NCBI GenBank assembly: GCA_010093605.1
Contig: MU004196.1
Span: 1,510,606-1,574,605 of the forward strand
Length of the DNA stretch: 64,000 nucleotides
Reading direction: 5' to 3'
Source of the DNA: Lophium mytilinum
Lineage: Eukaryota
Shown in pieces: positions 35,201 through 49,934 of the stretch (position 1 is its first letter; each line of letters opens with the position of its first letter). The position numbers and the translations under genes were made by a program. The notes beneath the pieces were generated by a model. It was not told the origin of the DNA, did no database searches, and saw only the letters and a program-made list of their open reading frames with translations.

Positions 35201-38200
35201 ATATATATATAGATAGAGGAGCTAGAGTAGATTTAGGTATACCTAGATATATATAAGAGAGGTAAGAGAAAGAATTAAATAGAGGAGAAGTAGGTAGAGA
35301 AGAAGTAGATAGAGAAAAAGTAAGTAGAGAAGAAGGCCTAAGTATATACTCTATATAGCCTTTCTATTTAATATATACTCTATATATAGTATTACTATTT
35401 TAGTATTACTATTTTAGTATTACTATTTTTTATATACTCTCTAGGCTAAGGCTTAAATATTAGCGCTAGTAGATAATCTATAGCTTATATATTAGTATAG
35501 GGTAAAGTTATATAGTAAAGCTTAATAGCTATTATTTATTTTTCTATATATTCTTACCTCTCTTTTAACTCTCTTTTTTCTTTAAACTCTATATACTATT
35601 AATTACTACCTCTATAATACTATAGCTAATAATACTATAGCTAATAATACTATAGCTAATAACGCTAGTAATTAGAGCTCTATTAATAGCCTAATTAATA
35701 ATATCCTTATAGAGCCCTCTCTCTTTCTACCTTTTACTATATACCCCTTTTATTACGGACTATAAAAGGTAAGGCATAAAGTATAGTATTAAATAAAGAA
35801 TAGGGTGTATTTATAAAGATAAAGTCGCGTAAAGGTAGAGATTCTATATAGTAGAGGCTAAATATAGGCTAGAGGTATAAAACTATACTAGCGCATAGGC
35901 TTATATAATATAGCTAAGAATATATAATATATATAGAGCTAGATCCGTTATACTACCCCCCTAAAATAAAGAAGAAAGGCTATAGAAAGAAAAGGCTATA
36001 TAGAAAGAAAAGGCTATATAGTAAGGCTATAGACTAAGAAAAATAAAATACTAAGAAGATATAGTTATAAGTAATTAAATAGAAATTATATAAGAAAGGG
36101 GCGTGCTTATAGCGTTATAAAGGTAGGCGTTCCTATTAAGATAGCTTAGCTAGCTAGATATAGTAGAGAATTTAGGTCTTAGTTAAGTTATAAATAATAT
36201 TATAATATTACTATGCAAGGTATATAATTAGAGTTAATAAACGCGCGCGTTATAGATTATAAGCGCGCGCTTATTAAGAACTTACTACTAGTTAGAGTTA
36301 GGCCTAAAGTTTAGATAAGGGCTATTAGCGTTAGAGTATTAGTAATAGAACTTACTAATAAGCTTATTAGAACTATATTTACTAAAGTTTATCTAGTTCT
36401 ACTATATCTATAGCTTAGTATAGCCTTTATACTAGGCGTAGTATTATAGCTTACAGCTATAGCGGCCGCGTTATAACTAGCAGCTATTTATAATAAAGTT
36501 AATTAGCTAAGCATTAATATAATCTTACTTATTATTAGTTATTCTATGCGGGTTAATAACTTATACTAGTAGAGGCGGAGCTAGGTTCTATTCTAGTATA
36601 GGCTAGGGCTTAAAAAGGTAGAGTAGGTAAGAATAAAAGATATTATATATATAATATTCTTTAAGTAATATTTCTATAAAGTTAAGCTAGAAGGCGTAAC
36701 TCTAATTAATAACTTTAGTAATATAAAATAGACTAAGATTCTTATAGTTAAGTAAGTAATTAGAGCGTTAGGTTTTAATATTACGCGCGTTAAGCTAGAC
36801 TAGGTTATCTACCTTAAGATAAGGTAGTAGTTAATAATATTAATTTACAAAGTAAGCTTAGATAGCTATAGCCTAGGTAATAGCTTAGTAGTATTCTATA
36901 AGAATCTCTTTTATCTAATTAGTATATTAGTTAGCTAGTAGCTACTTATTATATACTATAGCGCGCCCTATTACTAGTATAGAGGGTTTAATACCTAATT
37001 ATAGGTAGAAACTATAAGTAGTAAAGAAGGGGGTAAAGCCTATTAAGGCTAATTTATAGTTATTAATAGTAAATTTACTAAGGGGGAGATAGTTAACCTA
37101 GTTATTCTAGCGGTATAAAATAAACTAATATAGGTAGGCTTTTATAATAAAGTTAGTATTCTTAGTCTAGCTATTAGTTTTAGAATAGAAAGTAGTAGAG
37201 AATTTAGGCTTAATACTAAGTTATTTATATAAGCGGCGCTATATAGTAGATATAAATTACGCGCTATAGTTACTAATAATAACTTTAGGTAAGCTATATA
37301 GTTAGAAGACTTTATAAATAAAGGCGTTAGTAATATCTTTAATAGTATTACCTATTATAGAGATATAGTAGCGTTTCTTAGATAATTAGTTAACTATAAT
37401 AAGAATAAGTATATATATTTACCTATTTTATATATAAGAAGAGAGATCTATAATAAAATCTATAGTAATTTTAGTCTATTACTTATCTAGTATATTAAGG
37501 CTATAAAGTAGTCCTTACTATTTATCTTAGAAAGCTTTTACTTAGTAATAGCTATAGTAGGCGCCTATATAGCGCTTAATATTATTATAGAAGTTAGGCT
37601 AAAAGTAGTAGCACTAAAGTAGCTTATAGAAGCCGTATTTACTAGAATAGCTAGTAATAGAAGTATTATAAGAAAGGCTAAGTAGCTTAGTATAGAGCTA
37701 GTTATAGGCTAGAATATATAAATAATTATAGTAGTATAGCTAGTTATTCTATACTTTAAATCTATTAATATTAAGGTTACTAATAAGATTATAGAGGGCT
37801 TTTAGAATAGAGCGAGCGCCGCTTTAAATAAGGTTAATAAGCTTATATAGTATAGAGTTATATAGAGGCTTAGAATAGGGTAGGTATATATAGGCTTTAT
37901 TAATAAGATGCTATAAATTATTATTATTATAGTTAATATTATTACTATTATTATTACTTTAAACTAGCTATACTATAATAACCTTATTAGCAGCTATAAT
38001 ATCCTTATTAGCTAATAGAGCTATAAAAATCTTATTAGTGTCGCCGGGTAGCGCTATAAAGTTCTTATTAGTGCTTCTATTACTATTACTGTTATTACTA
38101 GCACAGTTATAGCTGCGTAGCCTAGCAGGGGCGAGTTAAAGGGGTAAGAGAAAGAGAGAATATATTTAGAGAGAGAATTATAGTATAGTTATTAGAAGAG

Positions 38201-41200
38201 GCTTAAGTAGCTTAGTATATAGGTAAAGTGCGTTAAATAGCCTAAGGGAGCCGGGCTTACTTAGCTTAGCGTTATTTAGTAAGAGTAAGGGTAATTTACT
38301 ACTTAGTATAACTCCCGGTCTAAGGTTATAAGATTTAAGTATAGTTTATTATTAAAATTAATTCTATAGATTATTAGGCCTATAAGGTAGGTCTTATAAA
38401 TAGTGTATAAGGCTATTAGGTTTACCTTCTAGAATGCTGGGGCGGTATATAATCTTAAAGTTAAACCTAGTAAGAAATTTAGCCTAATAGGCTTAATATT
38501 AATTAAGTTTCTTAGTAGTTATAAACTATTTAAGGTTATAGTAATCTATAAGGATATTAGTTAGATCTTTAAAGTTAGTACTTATAAGCTTAGATCTCTA
38601 TTCTTTAAAGGCCTTAACTATAGTAAGAAGTTTCTTATTATAGATCTTATAGTTGCACTTAGCTAGTAATATCTTAGAAGAGAAAAAGGTAACTAGATAT
38701 AGAAGGCTATTAGGTTTAATTTAGAATATAACGCCGGCTATTACATAATTAGAAGCGTCTATTTTAAGAAAGACCTTTTTACTATATTAGAAGTATATAA
38801 GAATAGGTACTTCTATAAATACTTTTTTAAGTATATAGAAGGCCTTATTATAGGCCTCTATCTATAAAAAGCGGGCTTTCTTCTACCTCTTCTAGAGCTT
38901 TATTATATTAGTAAGAGGTTTAATAATATATAAGAATCTATAGATAAATTACTAGTAGAAATTAAATAGCCTAATAAAGGCTTAGACGTTCTTAATATAG
39001 ATTAGAGTATTCTATTTAAGAATAGCTATAACTTTCTCTAGGTCTATATAGATCCTGTAAGTAGAAATTATTAGGCCTAAGTAGGTAACCTCTTTTTAGT
39101 TAAACGCGCACTTAGATAAGTTAATATATAGGCCTATAGCCTCTAAATATTTAAGAATAGTAGCTATATAGGCCTTATAATCTTTCTTTAAACCTTCTAT
39201 ATAGATAAGAATATTATCTAGATATACTATATAGAATTTATTAAGAAAATTATATAGTATATAGTTAATAAAGAATTAGAAAGTTCTAGAGCCCTCTATA
39301 ATACTAAAGAGTATAATAAGTAATTTATATTTACTATAGCGTATTATAAAAGCTATTTTATATTTATAGCCTAGGGCTATATAGACTTTATTAAAGGCGG
39401 TAATAATATCTAGCTTAGTAAACTATTTAGCTTTACCTAGTTAATAGAGGGTTTTCTAGATAAGCGGAATTAGATAGTATATTTTAATAGTAAGGGTATT
39501 AACGGCTCTATAGTTAATATAGAACTAGACACCGCCTTCTAGCTTATAGATAAGAAGAATAGGTAAAGAGACTTATAATTATAATTATCTAATATAGCCC
39601 TTAGCTAGATTATTATCTAGCTATTTCTTAATAATATAAAGTTTATTAGCTAATATAGGGTATAGGCGGGCTTTAGATAGCTTAGTAAGGTTAACGCTAT
39701 TAACCTAGTTAATCTTATAATCTATTTCTAGTTAGTATAGTAGTAAACTATCTATATTAACTTAGTTAAAAATATAGATATATTTATAAAGGCTAGGGGG
39801 GAGTTAAGTAAATATTTTCTTCTTAGTATAGTATTACTTAACTTCTATAAACTTCTTAATATTGCGCATAGCTAGTTTATAGAGGTAGACGGGTATATTA
39901 CTTATCTATATAGCTATAACCTAGAGGTAATTTAAATAGATTAAGAAATTCTTGCGGGTATTAGTAAGATTAGCTATAATATATTAAGGTAAGTTATTAA
40001 GCTAGTCTTCTTTAACGGCGGCTATGCGGCGTATAGTAAGGTAAGCTATAATACCTATTCTCTACGCGGAGTTTATAGAGTTTAATAGTATTAGAGTATA
40101 GTTATAGTTATATATAAAATTAGGTAGAGCTAATTCTTTAGTATAGGTAATAGTATTATTAGTATTATCTATATAGTAATAGTAATATATATAGAAGATT
40201 CTATTATATTTATCTTTTATAAAGCTAATCTTACTAGTAACCTAGTTAATAGCTAGGTTATAATACTAGAACTAGCGAAGGCCTAAAATAATATTATAGT
40301 TACTAAGGTTAGTAATATACGCCTATTTATAGCTCTAATAGCCTTAAATAGTAATAGGGATAAGAGCTTTATAGATAATCTTTTTAGTAATAATAGAGCT
40401 ATTAGCTAATTTAAGTATTTATAATTTAGGTAAGGGGCGGGTTAGAAGGTTTATTTAGTGCGTATAAGTAGTATCTATAAATTTATTAGTTACTCTAGTA
40501 TTACTATAAAGATATTCTTTAATTATATCTAGTAGTTATCCTTTATAGAAACGCTAGACCTTTACTAGTACTAGAAAGCTATAGAGGGTCTTTTTATTAG
40601 TTTAACCCGCTTAAATATTATTACTAAGAGAGGTAGCTAAAATAACTAACCTTCTTAATTATAACTATATAGATTTCTTATTTTTATAGTATTAGACTGC
40701 TTTAGTAATAATACACCCTAGATTATAACTATAATCTAGAACTAAGTATTTTCTAAATAGTTCTATTAAGATTAGCCGTATTCTATAAATAGTTCTTCTA
40801 CACCTCTAGATAAAATAGAAGTATTAATACCTACTTTAGTAGAAGCTAGAGTAAATATAGTAGATATATAGATAGATAGAGTATATATAGATAGGGCTAT
40901 ATATATAGATAGGGCGTATATAAATAAAGCTAGAGCTAGAGTTATAATATTATTAGAGTATATACTAATACCTTATAGGGTAAGTATAGAACGCTCTATA
41001 GGGTACTACTAGTTAGTAGAGGTATAGCTAACTAGTTAGTAGTAGAAGTAATAGTTTTTATTTATAAGCTAATATTTCTAATTATCTATAAGGCGGCCTA
41101 GAGCTAGGCGCTACTAATTAGTAGAAATATTAATAGGAAAGTTTATAGCTTTATAAGTTAGTAGCATAGATATCTAGTAATTCTAGCTAGGCGTATTTAT

Positions 41201-43687
41201 CTATTCTTAGTTATAATTATTTTAGTAACCTTAGTTCTAGTTATTTTAAGAGACCTAGTTTTAAGTAGCTTAGAACTAACCTATTAGGGCCTAGTTAGCG
41301 GGGGTCTAATTAGGGGGGTTCTATAGGCAGTTACTATAGTAGCTACCGCGGTAGCTATTAGTCTAGAAGTTAGGTTACTAGCTATACTATTTAGGCTAGT
41401 TATTATATTATTAGTGTAGCTAGATATAGTCTACTATAGTCTAATTAAGGAGCTAGTTATAGTAAGTATTAGACGCCCGCTAGCTTAGTAATACCAGGGC
41501 GGATTTTTACCTTAAGCGCGGTAATATCTTAATAGTATTCTTACTTTAGTAGTTATACTATAAGTGCTTAGTATTTTATATAGAATATATTAAGGTTATT
41601 ATTACTCTATATTAGTTAGTTAAGTTGCTAAAAAGTAATAGCTTTAGAGTTATATAGTAGGTTTTTAATATTAAGACGCTTAATAGCTTTATTTAAGGTA
41701 TAAAAAGGTTAATAGCCTATTATCCGCGCTATATAGTTACTAAGGGGGGTACTAGTAAAATATATACTAAGAAAGTAAAGGCGGAAGCCTTTATTATAGT
41801 AATAGAGGCAGCTACTATAGTTAAACTTACTAAGGACTTAGTAGCGCTAGGTAATATACTTAGCCTTATTACTATTATACTTAGGGGGGTATAGTATAGT
41901 CTTATCTTTATTTTAATTAGCGCAGGTTCCATAATTAATATTATATAGAGATTGTAATAGATTACGCCCTATTCTCTAGTTATATATTTACCTATTACTA
42001 GCCTTCTACCTCTATACCTATTACGTTACCTTACGCTATCTACGCGCTAGCCCGCCTAGCGCCTACACGCCTCTCTCCTCTATATATATAGCTTCTACCT
42101 AGAAGCCTCTCTTTCTACTTCTTATATAACCTCTTAAATTTAACCTAGTTACCTTAACTACTAAGCTTCTCTATACTATAACTATAATATTAGATTGTAT
42201 CTATACTCTAACTAGCACTAATTCTTTTTTACTATTACTACTTTAACCCTTAAACCTTAATTCTTATTTACTAAGCTATTTAATAGCTTAGTAAGCGTAC
42301 CTATATAACTATATATATAATACTAAAAGGGCACGCCGCTATACTACTTTACCTTACTAAGCGCTATTACTATATCCTCTATAATAAGTAATCTACCGCC
42401 TCTACTAGGTGCTAGAATAGAATCTAGACGCTCTAGGCGTAGTAGCTTATAACTAGCCTCCTACTTTCTACTACTATCTTATTTATAGTTGCGCGCGCCT
42501 TCTAAGTCTTCTTATAAGACTCTAAAGAGCACGCCCCTCTAAAAGCTAGCTAAAGGAGATACCTAGTAGTCTACCTAAAAAGATACCTAGTAGTCTATTT
42601 AAGAAGACACCTAGTAGTCTATATAAATAGTGCGCGTAGATACTTAGCTAACCTAAGAGAAAAAGAATTAGTTTATCTAAGATAAAGACCCTACTAAAGA
42701 TAATATATATACTCTAGACCTAATAATCTATAGCTCTATTATTAAGTACTATACTTCTAGCCGGGGCTATAACCTAGGCACGTTTCTTAACTCTATTAAT
42801 AATATTACTAAGTTTCTAGACTATTTACTTCTACCCGGCAATAAATAGTTTAATAGCTTAATTAAGATTACAGACTCTTAGGACTTCCTTATGCAAGTCT
42901 AAGCTAATTCTATCTACTTCTTCTATATTCTTAGAAGCTATTAAGCTATAACTAAGATTCTTTAGTAAATATATAAGAATAACTAGAAAGCGCAGCGTAA
43001 ACTCTAAGATAAAATTAAAGTCCTTAAAGATAAATGTAATAAAAAGAATAATAACTTAAAAGCCGCGTATAAGAAACTTAAGCGCCTACTTAATATTAAA
43101 ACTAAACTAGAAGAATATAAGAATAAACTTTATATCTATAAAGATAAAATCGCCTCTCTCTAATTAGAGGTTAAGGCCTAATAGAAGAACTATATCTAGG
43201 CTAATAAGTAGTCTATAAAGCGAGGAAAGATTATTAAGTGCCTTATAGCTAACCTTACTTAAGTAGCTAAGAATAAGTATAAATATAATACGCGCCTTAC
43301 TACTTTAGAAAATAAAATTAAGATACTATATATACTACAGCGCACTTCTATACCTGCGCCTACTATAGCTCCTTCTATAATAGCGCCCTCTATAGTACGT
43401 TATTTTATTACACCTCTACTACTAGTTAACCCTATTACTATAGTAGCTAAAAATCTACTTACCTCCCTTAATAGAGTAATTAAATTAGGAGAAGTATAAG
43501 CTAATAATAGCCCCTTAGTAGGCCGCGATACTAATTAACCTTACTATACTATAGAATACGTAAGTAATAATTAAGCTCGCCGCACTTTAAACTATATATA
43601 CGGTTGCTATAACTCTAGCCTACCCTTATCTAATAATAGAAGCCCTCCTTATCGCTGTAATTACACGCGTAGTCTATCTTATTATTA

Positions 43688-46600
43688 AGAGGAAAAATAT
43701 AATATAATTAAATTTGCAGCACCTTAGAAATACAACCTAAAAAGGGCCCCTAGAGGCTACTTAAGGCCCTATAAATATTTGCACGCAGTATTAGAGCTCT
43801 ATAAGTAGTGCTGGCGGCGTTGCGGTAGAATTATATATTACAACCCCTATCGTGTAGTATTATTAATAATAATAATAACAATAATAATACTACTAATAAC
43901 ACTAATAATAACCCTAAAACTAAACCTACTAACTAAAGACTAAGTAGAACGTCTATACTAACGTTTAAGCGCTTATTAAAGAAGCCTATAGTATATAGAA
44001 CTCCCTATAGAATAAGCCTATATTCTTTAACCCTAAGATAAATAACGCCCTTAAGTACCTCTAGAACTTTACTAGGCGCGTACTAGCTAGCCTCTTAGGC
44101 ACTACGAAGGACCTATAATAAACGCTATAGAGGAAGATAATAAAGATAATAGAGGAAATATAGAAGGGCGTGCAGGCGCTATCTACGTAAGAAATAACCT
44201 ATGCAGCGGTAGCGGCGGTAGAAAGGAATAGTAAGACTATAGAAAATAGGGAGTATATAATATAAACTACCTATAAAATTACTATATACATTAAGAATAA
44301 GAAGAAACGCGCCGCAATAAATAAGGACTTAAACGCAACTATTACCTATAAGCTCTAAGCAGTAGAAGAGCCTAATATAATAAAGATCCACGGCGTTAAA
44401 AAGCTCTAGAGTAGAGACGTAAAGGCCTACGTGCCGGATGCAACCGCTAAGGAAGCCCTATTAAAGAAGAAGGAATAGATAAAGGTTCTAGGTAAAACGG
44501 CATAAATCTAACTACCTAAGGTCCTTCTAGAGGTGCATAGAGTACCTAAAGAAATAGACCTAGAGAACCTAATACTATAAAGCAGCATTATATAAAATAA
44601 TAAGGTACTATATCTAAGTCTAGCTATATATAAGATTATATAGAAGTATCTAAATTAAATCTAGGCTATTAGAAATAACCCTAAACGGCGCGCCTTATTA
44701 GCTATAGTTACTATAGGTATAGAGGTAATAGTAAATAAGATTATAGATAGCGGGCTGGCATAGAATAGATATATACTAGAGGCTATAAAGTATAAGGCAG
44801 GCTTTATAGCCACCTAATGCTTCTAATACTAGGGCTATAGGCACGTTGCTAGACACTATAAGAAGAAGGCGGTATGCGCGGCGTGCGCAGAAGCTTATAA
44901 TATAAGATAATGCATAGAGGAGAGTATTAGAAAGTGCGCTAACTATAAGAGAAGCTACCTATTATATAGTGCGGTGTACACTATAAGGAAGAATACTTAA
45001 CTAAAAGCTAATATAAAGAGGTGGGTAGCACTAACCTACTATAGGGCTAATAATAGCCCTAATAATAATACTAATAATACGCCGGGCACGGTAATATTCT
45101 AATCTATAATAGAATTATAAGCTCTTAACATAGTAAGTAGAAAGAGGAAGGCTACTAAGAATAGCAATATACTAGACGGCAGCACTCTAAAAAGAGTAGA
45201 ACGCCCCCCTATATCTGCTATATTTACTATGTATAAGGACCTAAAATAACTAAAGATAAATAGAGTGCTATAGTCTACCCATGCTATATAGACTACCTAA
45301 TTAATATATACTTTCTATTTAACGCAGCAGCCTAACTATAATAACCTGCAGCCTTACTATAATAGCCCGCAGCCTTTCTATAGAACTCTGCAGCCTACCT
45401 ATAAAATACTATACTACTCTTAGATAATAACCTACAGTAATAACGCCGGACTATTATAATTTAACGTAACTTAGGTACCGTCCACCTAGAAAGAAGAGGC
45501 AGCGAGCTATTAGCTCTATACTAAGGCTAGCCGGGCCGTAATAAATAACCCTAAAGACTCTATAGATACCTAATATTAGGGCAACCTAATATACTTACTA
45601 TTATATAGTATAATATTAATAAGAGCTAAGAGACCTAAAGGGAGTTTCTTAAAAAGGTAGAGGCGGCCTAGCCCTAGCTATTAGTACTAGCTATACAAGA
45701 ACTATAGAAGAATATCTAGAAATACACCTTACTATGCACAAAATTATACTACCTACTATATAGAGGAAGCCTAAAAGCTAGAATATATATATATATTAAT
45801 AAGTGCCTAAACCTAGGCTAATAGACTATAGAGCACTACTTACCGGACCTTATTACTCTCTCTCTCTAGGCTGGGGAAGAGGATATTTAAATTTATAATA
45901 TCTACAACCTAAAGCTATATAGAATTATAGCTACGCTGCCCCCTATACTATATAAGAAGGTAGAGTATATATTTATAGGCGATATAAACCTATACTACCC
46001 GTTCTAGGGAGAAATATAGGTAATTAGTATAGAAGAGTAAGCTAAGGAGCTTATTTACATTATAATAAAAGTAGGCCTAACTCTAGCTATAGAGGAGGGC
46101 ATAGAAACGTAGGTAAGAGGAACGTAGTAGACTATAATTAACCTTATATTTACATTTAAATAGCTAATAGAATGTATAATATTCTATATAGTTTAAGAGA
46201 AGTAGAACTATTACTTAGACTACCGCCCTATATACACGGAATTTAATATTATACTACTACTAGCAACTAAATAGCCCCTACGCCGGCTATAGAAGAATGT
46301 TATATAGAAGGACGTATAGAAGCACCTTATAGCCTAGCTAGTTAAGCTAGAAAACTAGAATAACCCCCTAGATAATAAAGAAGAAGAAGACCTAGATAAC
46401 TTTATACGCATTCTCTACTAACTTATTAAAATTACTATTAACGCTATAGTACTAATAGCACAGCCCTTATAGCACGTATTACTATTCTAGACTAAGAAGT
46501 ACTTAGAGAAGGTATATAAGACTAGGCGGGCGTATAGAATATAGTACTTATTACGCTCTATAGAGGACTAGATATTATACTAGGTCTAGTATAACTGCAA

Positions 46601-49600
46601 GAAAAGAGCTATATAGAAAGAGAGCACTAAGGCATAGCGCTATATAGTAGAGAAGGTAATAAATAACTCTAAAGGGGTATAGAAACTAGCTAAATAGGGC
46701 TGCATAGTTAGAAAGAAATTAAGGCCCCCTCCTTAATTTCCCCCCCTTTTCCGGCTAGGTAACTCTACCCTGCATGTAGATAATAAGATAAAAGTACGTA
46801 TACTTACTAAATAGTTCTTTCCACTACTAGTAGAAGCTAACCTATTTAATCTAGAAGGGTTTTAATACCCGGAACTGCATACTACCTCTATAGAAGTTAC
46901 TGTGGAAGACGTACTCTTAGTACTAATAGAAATTACGCCGGATAAGGCCTCTAGAATTATAGGAATTATAAATAGATTTCTAAAGAAGTGCGAGATATAA
47001 CTAGTACTAGTACTCGCCCGCTTCTTTATAAAGTGCCTATATAGAGAATACTACCCCCGCCTATTTAAAGAATTAATTATAGTAGTTCTATATAAACCCT
47101 AGAAAGCGTTCTATATAATAGTAAAAGTCTACAGGCCTATTACGCTGCTAGAAATAATAGGTAAGCTATTTAAACGCATTATAGCTAAGAGGCTCTCTAA
47201 GATAGTAGAGGAAAAGGGCATGCTACCGCCTAGCTAAATAGGGGCACGGCCGGAACACTCTATATAGATAGCACTTAAACTTCTTATAGAATAAATCTAT
47301 ACTATATAGAAAGGAAACCTATAGCTTATAGTATTACTTCTTAGCCTAGATATATTAGAAGCGTTTAATTAAGTCTTATATAAATAAATAATATATAACC
47401 TATAGGTCTAGAGTATACTAGAGTAGATAATAAGGTTTACTAGGTTCTTTCTATAAGACCGCATAACTAGGCTCTCTATAGGAAGCTATATAGTAGAACT
47501 AATTACAGTTACTATAGGCATTCTACAGGGCTCCTCCCTATCGCCTATTCTCTTCCTCTTCTTTACTAGTATACTACTGCCAACCCTTTAGAATAGTAAT
47601 ATAATAGCCTACGGGTTTATAGATAATATAAACATTCTTATATATAGTAGAACTATAGAGGCAAACTATAGGGCTATTAAGAGAGCCTATAATAGATGCA
47701 TAGAATAGGTAAGAAAGCACGGCATAGTATTTATACTAGATAAATATTACCTAATATACTTTATAAAAGCCTATAAAGAAGTTAATCTAAGAGCTATAGT
47801 TAATATATAAGGCTTTACAGAGGGCCCTATAATAGACCTAAGAGTACTAGGGGTATAGGTAGACTTAAAGCTTAAATAGGGCCCGCATATTAGTATTATA
47901 AAGAATAAAGCTATAACCTAGATAGGGGCACTTACGCGGCTTATAGTATCTACCTAGGGCGCCAGCTTTAGAAAAGCACGCCTAATATACTTAGTAGTAG
48001 TCCGGCCTGCTATTATATATAGATACACTACCTAGTATACTATACTAGGTATACTAGAGCAGCTTAGTAAGATAAAGATTAAGTAGCTTAAAATAACCTA
48101 GAACTAATGCCTCTAGAGAATCTTAGGGGCCTATAAGACTATAAGCACTATAGTACTAGAATATAAAATATTATACCTACTACTCTAGCTAAAACTAGAG
48201 AAACTTATAGTGGCTTACATAGACTATACGCGTAAAGGGCCAGCACGCTAGTATATTAAAACAGCATGCAGTAATATATAATAGGAAATCTACACCCACT
48301 ATAGGCTACTTATAAGGCTAAAGTATAGCCCTAGCTACTATAATATACTCTATAACCTTATAGTAAAGGCTATAAGGTTATATACTAGGTATAAAGATAA
48401 ATTAGATAAAGCCTATAAGCGCTTAAGGCGATTTACAATTAAATATAAATATAAAGAAAGGTAGAAGAAGGTATAGAAGTCCTTTTATAAAATAGAATAG
48501 CGCGGGCTACTAACGCCGGCCCTTAATACTAAATAGAGTAAATAACAGGAGACTATATATAAAGGGCTTATAAAGGTTAAAAGCACTATTCTTATAAACC
48601 TATAAATAGAGTATATAGGGCTTAATAGATACCTATACTATATGTAGGTGCTAGGCTACCTAATACTAGCCTGCCCCTGCGGGCACGGCCTCTAATTGCT
48701 ACGCTATATAGTAATAAACTATAAGAGGCATATAGAGGGTAGAGGTAAACTATTTAAGAAAGTAAAGACTTAGATATATAAGGAAATATATAAAAGTAAA
48801 AAGGGACCTAAGGCAGTAGCTAGGTAGTTCCTATAGAAAACGGACCTGCTACTCTACCTCTTAATAGCGAGAGAGATAGAAAGGGAGTAGATCTAGCCCT
48901 CCCGCTTAATACTATAGCCCTGCTATTACCTATAGCCTTACTATAACTAATAGCCTTACTATAACTAATAGCCTTACTATTACTAATAGCCTTACTATTA
49001 CCTATAGCCTTACTATTACCTATAGCCTTGCTATTACCTACAGCCTTACTATTACCTATAGCCTTGCCATTACCCCTAACTACACTATAGCGGGCCTTAG
49101 CGCCCCCTCTTAACTAGTACTTAGTATAGATAGTTAGCTTCGGGTCTCTACTATATACTCTATAATATATACTTTCTATATACTTTCTATCTCTTATAGC
49201 TCTTCTATTTCTAAATAGCCTATCTACTTTATAATAGTATATATACGCGGCTCCCTCTCTTCTACTATTAGTTAGTTATACTATAAGGGCTTATACTTAC
49301 TATAAGCGGCTATATATATTCTAATTATAGACTATAAACTATATACTCTATACTTTTAGCCCTTCTATAGCTATTAGCTATACTATAGAGGCTTATATAT
49401 GCTACTATAGCTATAAACCCTATATAGCTGCTTATAGCCCTTCTACTCTTATAGCCTGCCTATAAACTATATACTTTCTATATACCTCTACTATATACTA
49501 CCTATATACCGCGTAGCCTTTCTATCTCTAATAGCCTATACGGCCACTATTTATTTTACCTTATTACCTTAGATAAAGGCCCCGCAAGCGTACTACTTAC

Positions 49601-49934
49601 ATGCGGGCCCTTACGCTAATTCTATACTAGCCTCGCATCTAGATTCCACTCGGCCTAAACCTAGAAGGATAATAATAAACCTTCCTAGATAGATATAGAA
49701 AGACGCATCTTAATAGCTTATTCTATAGTAGTTCTTATAGACCTACTATATATCCCCTATAGTAAAATATAAAGAAGAAGGGCGCCTAACGCTAGATATA
49801 ATAGAGGATGAGGTTTTTACCTAAACGCTACCCGGCAGCAAATAGTTTCCCCTTATAAATTAGCCTAGATAGAACAGCTACATGGACCCTAACGGGAGCT
49901 ATACTAGCGTAATAGAATTTAATAAATAAATAAA
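43688..49934 (+). mobile_element. Tad1-like LINE (non-LTR retrotransposon), ~6.25 kb, nested in gag of element B
   Basis: TSD TATCTTATTATTA (43675-43687, 49935-49947); (TAAA)n tail; ORF1 with three CCHC knuckles ~44810-44990; ORF2 with endonuclease GDxNLHHP/SDH remnants, RT YRPITLL, GILQGSSLSPILF (~47517), FIDN (FxDD, 47616-47627) and a C-terminal CPCG zinc finger. Confidence 0.92.
48912..49073 (+). repeat. 18-bp tandem repeat x9 at the end of LINE ORF2 (consensus CTATAGCCTTACTATTAC)
   Basis: Nine consecutive units; variant units retain C/G at RIP-target positions. Confidence 0.9.

Noticed and set aside
41729..41932. 67-aa ORF in the AT-rich block
   Set aside because: Stop-free remnant of Gypsy A gag, not an independent gene.
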